NCBI GenBank assembly: GCA_016748015.1
Contig: JAAOMT010000789.1
Location: 1-6,984 of the forward strand
Direction: 5' to 3'
From: Geosiphon pyriformis uo1
Taxonomy: Eukaryota > Fungi > Glomeromycota
DNA length: 6,984 nucleotides
Shown: piece after piece, positions 1-6,984 of the stretch
Layout: every line of letters starts with the position of its first letter
Position numbering within the stretch: position 1 is the first letter of the stretch
The notes under the pieces: model-generated
Told to the model about the DNA's origin: nothing
Database searches by the model: none
What the model saw: the letters and a program-made list of their open reading frames with translations, nothing else
Translations under genes and position numbers: made by a program

Positions 1-502
1 TCCTTGTATTTAATACTTGCGCATTGATTATATTATTTTTATTAAATCACAATTCCTTTTGATAAAAACTCTAAAATATTACGCACAGATAAGTATAAAG
101 TACCTGCTTCTCAATTGATATAAGTATTCAGAATCTTAAAACTAACTTGCATCATAATTTTATGAGTCACCCATAATTAAAATTTTGTGGGCCATAAAAT
201 AATTCATATCATTCATTTTGTTTAATTTTGTTAACTATTTTTTATAAAATAGTAAATGAGCTTCAGACAATCCACAATAAGGCATAACACATGTAAATTT
301 AAATAGCGGCTGGCGCAAATGAGCTAAATGGAGATATTAAATAAATTTGGTAGAAACATATTTAATGTTTATTCGGATATTTTCCTTTGCTCCGTAGGTT
401 TTTTTTTCCTTCTTCTTGATAAGTTAGTCCGATAAATATTGGTAATAAATAGAGTGGAAATAAAAGTTGATATAGCTTTTTCAGTAATATCCCATCGGAG
501 AG
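1..502 (+). repeat. Left arm of a long inverted repeat (truncated by the window edge); pairs with 4123..4623
   Basis: Hand alignment: 1..502 is the reverse complement of 4623..4123. TCCTTGTATTTAATACTTGCGC at 1 matches GCGCAAGTATTAAATACAAGGA ending at 4623, and TCAGTAATATCCCATCGGAGAG at 481-502 matches CTCTCCGATGGGATATTACTGA at 4123-4144. Differences: substitutions at 97/4527, 223/4402, 228/4397, 277/4348 and 461/4164, plus one extra T in the left arm near 158-161. Confidence 0.98.
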
Positions 503-2372
503 AGTTATAATTAGCAAATTTTTTTTTACTTCTAGTGCTACTTTTTGGGGATTTAATTTTATAAAATATTAAAAAATTCATTCTTTATTTCATTATTATT
601 AAAGAAAAAATATTATGTCAAGAAAATACAACTTTAAACCTTAATAATTTTTTTTTGCTTATAAGTTTTAACAACAACCATCTGACTCAAAAAGTATCAA
701 AATGCGACTCATTTGGGCTGACCATACAATATTCTTTTATTCTTGATTTCTGACCCATTTTTATGGTATCAATTAAAATGAGCAATATATTGATTTTCAG
801 CCCTGAAGAGATTTTCTATTTATCCCCCCAAACAAAATTTCAGATTTGAAATGACTAAAGTACATGATAAATTAAAAGCTAAAAATGGTATGAATGATAT
901 TCAATAGCGCATATATATAATCCTTATACAGAAGGATGAAGGTTCTAAAAAAAGAACTCAAAAAAGATAGATATTCCACCTAGATTTGGATATTAACGAT
1001 TTTCTACAGAATCCGAAATTATTGAGTTTATTAATATTCCATAAGATAAACAATAAATTTGAAATGATGTTAGAATTATTTTTGTAACCTCAAGATAAAT
1101 TAGGTAGCTTGGAATAATTTTTATGTTTTAGGTTATTAATTTTGGAAGTTTATAATATTAAACTTTTTTTGAAAACAATAAAATAAGTCTATTAATTTAA
1201 ACAAAGATACTTTTTGCAAGCTACACCAAAATCTTCAAGGAAATCAGTTACAGTGAGTACCATCACAACTACTATAAGATTGTATGAACGACCTATAGAA
1301 TAAATTATATTTGGAATACTTCAAATTTTGATCTATTAATAATTTATTTTTTATCAGAATCTTAGAAAGTTTTAATTATATTCAGGTATATTTAATTAAT
1401 AAGTTTAAAACACTATCCCTCAAAATTTGACTTCCTTCTTTGAAATTTACAGTTTTTTCTTTTATAGCTGTTGTAATCCAAATCACAGCTTGTCTCGATT
1501 GATGATTTAGCATAAATACTTTCATGCTCCAAATGAAAATAAAAATCATTCTTCCAGAATAAGAATACTATATATCAAAAATTTTTGAGAGAATTAACTA
1601 TATAAAATTTTTCAAATTAATCAAATAAAACTTTCTGATTTTATATATAAATTTTTTTTTCGCTTTTAAATGACAATAAAACTCGGACGAAAAACCTTAA
1701 AAATTGTTTATTAATACTATCTCTTTAAAAAATATCTGATATTTTGAAATTTTATCGATAATTAAATTCAAGAAAAATATTTTCGAAATGATTATTAGTA
1801 TAATTTTTACTAATAACGACAAAAATTTGATTTTGTGTTTCATGCTCTTAAAAGTTATATGAAATAAACTTTTATTTTTAGTAAAACATTGTAGAAATAC
1901 CCTTTTTTCATAAAATTAAATTTCTTTTTAATAACCAATGAGCTCACCTGAAGAGTAGAAATTTAATAATAAGAGTTAGAAAATTTGATATTTTAAGAAA
2001 TTTAAATAATTTTGCAGCTAAAACTTGAAAATAGTTTTTAGAAATAAATAAAAGTTAATGCTATACCATGCTATAATTGGAAGATCTCTCCGCGCCGCTT
2101 TCTTTTTTGCTTTCCTTTAAAATTCGTGTTTTTATTAATGAATTATGTAATATAATATAGGAAAGCTTTATTTAATTTTATTTCTTAACAAGTTTGTATT
2201 CTAAACTTTAATATTAATCTATCAAGTGTGTAATATATATTTAACATAAAGGATTCAAAATTGATTCATAAAGTTATAGCTTATTTTAGAAATTCATAGA
2301 GGTGTAAAAAAAATATTCGAAAACTATTATTAAAATTCTTGCAAAAACATTACGTAAAAAAAAAATAACCAA

Positions 2373-2416
2373 AACAGAACAAAGTGTGACAGAACAGAAC
2401 AAAGTGTGACAGAACA
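2373..2416. repeat. Perfect 20-bp tandem duplication (AACAGAACAAAGTGTGACAG x2 + AACA)
   Basis: Identical units at 2373-2392 and 2393-2412 plus a partial unit at 2413-2416, about 140-180 nt downstream of the kinase stop codon. Confidence 0.95.
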
Positions 2417-2551
2417 TAATAAAAATACAAAATATTAATATTTCTTCGAACCTTAGAATTTAGATAATATCTATAAATCCCAAATATGTTATTTAGAGGA
2501 TAGAAATTCCAAATTGGATTTTAAGTTGATTTCACAAACTTTTAAATTATC

Positions 2552-3935
2552 TCAATTGTTTTTATTATAGTACTCTTCAACTTCTGAGAAAGATAAAAGT
2601 TGACTAGTGTAAAAAGCTCGAGGATGTACTGGCTTTTCAATTAACTTATTTTTGCCTGATCTTAGAATAGCCCATCTACGTTCCTCAGCTGTAGCAAACT
2701 CTTGAGAAATGGGCGTCGGTAAAGGATTATCACAAATATCGGTAATCCATTGGCTAAAAGTTTCATTTAGTTCAAATGCAGTTGGTCTTTTCTTTGGATC
2801 TTTATCCCAGGCTTTTTGCATTAATTCCGCATATACTGGTGGAGTATTCTCTAAGATTACCGGACGTTTGCCCAGACAGATTTCCAATGCTAAGTGACCG
2901 TCATGTGGTACATCTGCAAAAGGCCGCTGTCCAGCAGAAATCGTCCACATAAGGATTCCAAAACTATAGATATCAGCTTCCTTAGAGTATGATGAGTCCC
3001 CCTTTAGCACTTCTGGAGCAACATAGGGGAGAACTCCATAATGAGTTGTAAGAGAAGAATTGGCTGGTCCCCAAATACCGATGTCGGATATTCTGGCATC
3101 AGTAGAAATTGCTTCGTCCTCAATCATGAGATTTCCTCCATGTATGTTACCATGGTAAAGATCAGAATTATGAATGTTTTCCAGACCAGCAATTACCCCC
3201 CAAAGCAAATCAATCTTATCTCTCCAACTAATATCCCCAAGGACATGGTCCAAATAATTATCTAAGCTGCCGTTTTCATAGAATCTCATTACAAACATAT
3301 AACAGCCTGTCTCATCCTTTGTAACGCCAAAAGTATCTGCTAAACTCCCAGACTGAATACAATGATGATAAAGTCGAATCTATAAAATAAAATTTTGGAT
3401 TACTAAAATAAGTTTGAATAGCTCTTATTATATTTTGCTCTAAAAACCACTTAATCACTTTTTCTAAGAATTCCTGACTTAATTCTCGGGAATTATCCAA
3501 TCGTTTTAGAGCAACTTTCAATGGTCCGCTCCTAATCCATTCTTGAGCTATCTCATCCCAATCCCATCGAGGCCCATCCAGCCATATCGCAGAATATATA
3601 GTGCTCCAAGTGCCTTTTCCATAATATTCAATTAGCTCGAATTGATCGAAAGGGATCCACTCTAAATAATCAGCACTTTGATTTGCCTCCATTTGAGTTA
3701 ATTGAATAATCTCATCTAATATAGTGTTTCCACTAGTCCAAGTTAAAAATTTTTCGGCAAAATATAATGTTTCACATTTCTTACACCAAGCAAAATTAGT
3801 TCTAGGTTGATTACATTCACAACATATTTGATACATAATTTTTTGGTTATCGTAAAGTGATTTTGTATTCCACAGAGAGTCATGATTAGATATTGATTCA
3901 GAAAAATGTGTTGTGTAGTTGCTAGCCATTTTCAT
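2552..3935 (-). CDS. Tyrosine-kinase-like (TKL) protein kinase-domain protein, probable pseudokinase; two exons join(3935..3459, 3379..2552), about 434 aa
   Basis: Exon 1 (159 codons) carries CCECNQ..WCKKC, FLTWTSGNTILDEIIQ, LEWIPF, the Gly loop GKGTWSTIY and VALK. Removing a phase-0 intron gives ...SQEFLEK|IRLYHHCIQSGSLADTFGVTKDETGCYMFVMRFYENGSL..., exactly in frame with the 248-aa ORF (3379-3298 = 81 nt). Exon 2 has HGNIHGGN, DIG, GVLPYVAPE, DIYSFG and WDKDPKKRPT, and ends at TGA 2554-2552. The second ATG at 3929 has the better context (AAAATGG) and may be the real start. Confidence 0.93.
3380..3458 (-). other. 79-nt spliceosomal intron of the kinase gene (phase 0)
   Basis: Donor AAA|GTGATT at 3458 and T-rich acceptor TTTTATTTTATAG|ATT at 3380. 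The interior is AT-rich. Removal joins the beta3/alphaC region to the rest of the kinase fold in frame. Confidence 0.88.
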
Positions 3936-4122
3936 ATAGGTATATTACTTCAAAAAATTATTTGAGCTTAAATAAAAAAATCACCCACGATAGCCGGAAT
4001 AATTTTTTAAAATTTATTCCAAAATAGATCACTATCATTTTTCGAATTTGATTGTATTGTTAAACAAAACTTCACATCAATTTGGACTGGGCAAGCAAAT
4101 AATGAAATTCTAATTTTTGAAG

Positions 4123-4623
4123 CTCTCCGATGGGATATTACTGAAAAAGCTATATCAACTTTTGTTTCCACTCTATTTATTACCAATATTTATCGGACTA
4201 ACTTATCAAGAAGAAGGAAAAAAAAACCTACGGAGCAAAGGAAAATATCCGAATAAACATTAAATATGTTTCTACCAAATTTATTTAATATCTCCATTTA
4301 GCTCATTTGCGCCAGCCGCTATTTAAATTTACATGTGTTATGCCTTACTGTGGATTGTCTGAAGCTCATTTACTATTTTATAAAAAATAGTTAACAGAAT
4401 TGAACAAAATGAATGATATGAATTATTTTATGGCCCACAAAATTTTAATTATGGGTGACTCATAAATTATGATGCAAGTTAGTTTTAAGATTCTGAATAC
4501 TTATATCAATTGAGAAGCAGGTACTTAATACTTATCTGTGCGTAATATTTTAGAGTTTTTATCAAAAGGAATTGTGATTTAATAAAAATAATATAATCAA
4601 TGCGCAAGTATTAAATACAAGGA
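4123..4623 (-). repeat. Right arm of the long inverted repeat; pairs with 1..502 and may extend beyond 4623
   Basis: Same alignment as the left arm. Identity begins abruptly at 4123 and is still perfect at 4623, where the partner reaches window position 1, so the outer boundary cannot be seen. Confidence 0.98.
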
Positions 4624-5321
4624 CAATTAATTTTTAGAAGCGTTGAAAATGAAATTGAAAAGTATAAATAACTAGAATTTAAATAAATTTGATATAAACA
4701 AGAAGTTCTAACAAATTATGAAATTAATTTAAATATATATTGTAAATATTATAAAATTCAAACAATTTATTAATACTAAGTATGTTTCCTTATTATTTTC
4801 AACAAGATATTTAAAAACATACAGGCGAAATCAAAAACCCAATTTATCATCAAGTTTTAATAAGGAGAAAATTGTCTTTTTAAAACATGAAAGATGTTTA
4901 AAATTTTTGCCATGTAAAAATTTTAAATAAAGGCATAATAAATATTTAAAAAGTTTTAATATGAAATTATTTGAAGCTATCGAATAGGTGTAAGCTATCT
5001 AGAAAGTTTGTATTTTTAACACTTTTAACATACTTTTTCGCTAATTATTTTCATAGAGTCATTTTACTAAAGAATCATGTCAAAAAAAATAAATAGACAA
5101 CATTTTGAAATAGTGTTATGGTTATTTTAATAGAATTTAGCCTCTCGCACATTTAACAATCAATCAAAGATAAAAATGTAGATTTATCTTGAACTAAATG
5201 GCTTTGCTAAGTTAAGGCTGCTCCTGAAATCCAAAAGTGGCCGGAAAATTTGGCGAACAAGATAGTTTTTACTTGTATTAAAAAGAAACGCTTCAGAAAA
5301 TCTTTAGCTAATTTTTCCTAT

Positions 5322-6004
5322 TTATATGTAAAATATGTTTGCAAGTAATATTAAAAGAATGATGGGAAAAGTTAAAGATCTAAACCATAAAAGAATTAGA
5401 ATTTTAAATTCACTAAAGAGTAGCCTATTCGTCACTGAACTACTTGTGCTATTCTTTTCCTCTGATTGGTATAACTGGTGAAGCTAAAAGCGTTTTATTT
5501 TCTTTATCAGATTTACTACATATAATCAAAGGCCCAGCAACACCAGAAACAGTAAATCCAGCCCCGTTAAAAAAAGTATTAGTTGAAACCATAATATAAA
5601 TAAACTAATATTTTTCACTGAATTAAAGGAACGATCCATTCATATTGAAATTCTTGAACATTAAAAGTAATAGGCTTTTGCAATTCTGATTTAACCTTTG
5701 AGCTATCAACATTATCTGCACTTTTCGGGCTATTATGAAGTTTGAGTATAAAATTCGATAACGGTGTGTCGGGATTACATTCATTTGTTTTATTCCATCG
5801 AACCCAAACGTAGTAATATGGCGTGTGCGGGTGGAGTATAAACGTTTAGACAGTAACGATCATTCAACTCTCATTGGGAAATCGGATTAAAAGGAGCGTC
5901 ACATTGAGCCACTTTCATTTTACCAATTTTTTCGGCTGCTTGGAATTTGCGAATGACGACAAAGATATTAAAACTAAAAATAGGAAGAAAAATCTCAAAA
6001 GCAT
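5322..6004 (-). pseudogene. Disrupted gene for a small secreted, probably GPI-anchored or membrane-tethered protein (Kre9/KNH-like Ser/Thr-rich GPI-anchored family suspected)
   Basis: Collinear minus-strand fragments: ATG 6004 MLLRFFFLFLVLISLSSFANS (signal-peptide-like, stop at 5917-5915); shifted frame AAEKIGKMKVAQCDAPFNPISQ*ELNDRYCLNVYTPP (TGA 5873-5871); shifted frame PYYYVWVRWNKTNECNPDTPLSNFILKLHNSP...FNVQEFQYEWIVPLIQ* (5821-5615); YIMVSTNTFFNGAGFTVSGVAGPLIICSK...(ATG 5592, stop 5451-5449); and LYQSEEKNSTSSSVTNRLLFSEFKILILLWFRSLTFPIILLILLANIFYI* (5474-5322). The family assignment is by eye only. Confidence 0.65.
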
Positions 6005-6984
6005 TTGATTCAAATTAAGTTTCCTCATTCAAAATATTTCCGTATTGATAAAGAAACTTATTTATTCTAATTCGGCCAAGACGTTTTGACAAATTATTGA
6101 TACGTGATTTAAAACTTAACAAGCAATCAACTGATTCAGTTATTCAATAAATAGAAATGCGAATCTAGAGGGAAATAAAAAAGATAGCGGCACGGAAAGA
6201 TCTTTAGATTATAATATGAGATAGCATTTAATTTTTTTACCTATTTAATCCTTTTGTTCTGAAATACCTACTATATTAATATAAAATAACTTTATCAATT
6301 ATATTATATTTTCCAATTGATAAGGAAGCCTAAGAATAAGTTTTTGTATTTTTAAAAATTGCTTTATATTTTTAACTGCAAAGTTATTTGGTTTTCAAAT
6401 TTTTTATATCTGAATATTAAAATTTCATATGTCTCATTAGTTATTAAACGAAATTTAAATTTAATTAAAAAGAATAATCATTTAATGTTCTTATGTATGC
6501 AATTTATTTTACCGCAATCTGACCAATATCTCCTTAAATTCTCACATTGTTTAAACATATAATAAAAGAATTGGAAAATTCAAATCTAGAATTATTACGG
6601 TGGAGCTTTAAAAATAAGAAATGAGTCCAGAATTAATAAGATATAAGATATATAAATTTATTTGTGTTATAATGTAAATATACATTTAAATTAAAAGAAT
6701 TAAATCTTCGCTATTAGCCTTTTGGGTATTGAAAATTTTTGGTAAAATCTATAAATTATAAAAAAGATGCTAATATGTTGTCAATCTCAATCAATTTTTG
6801 CTTTAGGATCAGTTTTATAAGAAATTAATAGAATATTTCCAAGATTTTAAATAAGCAATTATATTCTGTATTTTTTTCTGTTATGTCATATTTTGTTTCA
6901 TTGCATTTCTTTTTTTTACATAATATCTTTGGCAAGTATTTAATGCTGTTTTTCGAATATTTTATTTATGTCTATGAATTTATG

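Larger units (their letters stand above)
1..4623. mobile_element. Possible long-inverted-repeat-bounded non-autonomous element or invertible cassette carrying the kinase gene (hypothesis)
   Basis: Based on architecture only: arms of at least 500 bp around one cargo gene. No transposase, outer ends or target-site duplication are visible in the window. Confidence 0.3.

Noticed and set aside
369-581. 70-aa minus-strand ORF from the track
   Set aside because: It straddles the inner boundary of the inverted repeat, has low-complexity K/I/S composition and no recognisable motif, and its start lies outside the duplicated arm. Likely chance.
2080-2092. GAAGATCTCTCCG resembling GAAGCTCTCCG at the right arm's inner boundary (4119-4129)
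   Set aside because: The match is short, gapped and does not extend, so it cannot be distinguished from chance.
2373-2416. Tandem repeat as a CRISPR-like array
   Set aside because: Only two adjacent units, no spacers, no cas genes and a eukaryotic context.
2709-2897. 62-aa plus-strand ORF
   Set aside because: Antisense shadow of kinase exon 2 with no independent evidence.
3041-3265. 74-aa plus-strand ORF
   Set aside because: Antisense shadow of kinase exon 2 with no independent evidence.
2552-3935. Two separate genes (207 aa and 248 aa), a frameshifted pseudogene, or programmed frameshifting
   Set aside because: A canonical GT-AG 79-nt intron (3458-3380) joins the two ORFs in frame into one complete kinase fold.
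4456-4462. TGACTCA Gcn4/CpcA (AP-1-type) motif in the arm (mirror at 163-169; another at 683-689)
   Set aside because: Only two independent occurrences of an AT-rich 7-mer in 7 kb, which is compatible with chance, and there is no functional evidence.
5521-5553. Peptide TVSGVAGPLII resembling the N-terminal TVSGVxGPLVI motif of V-ATPase subunit B
   Set aside because: The similarity does not extend on either side, and the segment fits better as the last strand of the secreted-protein relic.
6359-6562. 67-aa plus-strand ORF
   Set aside because: TTG start in a eukaryotic context, extremely AT-rich, and an I/L/K/N/F composition typical of non-coding DNA.

Overview
Very AT-rich eukaryotic DNA, most likely from a Glomeromycotina (arbuscular mycorrhizal) fungus or relative. 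This is inferred from the kinase's CxxC..WCxxC / WTSGN / LEWIP N-terminal signature and its short AT-rich GT-AG intron. The window has three main elements. (1) One intact two-exon minus-strand gene, join(3935..3459, 3379..2552), about 434 aa, encodes a tyrosine-kinase-like fold protein whose catalytic loop reads HGN rather than HRD, so it is probably a pseudokinase. The ORF track splits it into two ORFs. (2) A long, near-perfect inverted repeat (1..502 vs 4123..4623; 5 substitutions and 1 single-base indel by hand alignment) brackets a 3620-bp segment whose only clear gene is this kinase. The left arm runs off the window edge, so the true arm length is unknown. (3) A multiply frameshifted minus-strand relic (6004..5322), missed by the ORF track, encodes a signal peptide, a Kre9/KNH-like beta domain and a hydrophobic GPI/TM-type tail. 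No transposase, recombinase, RNA gene or CRISPR array is visible.
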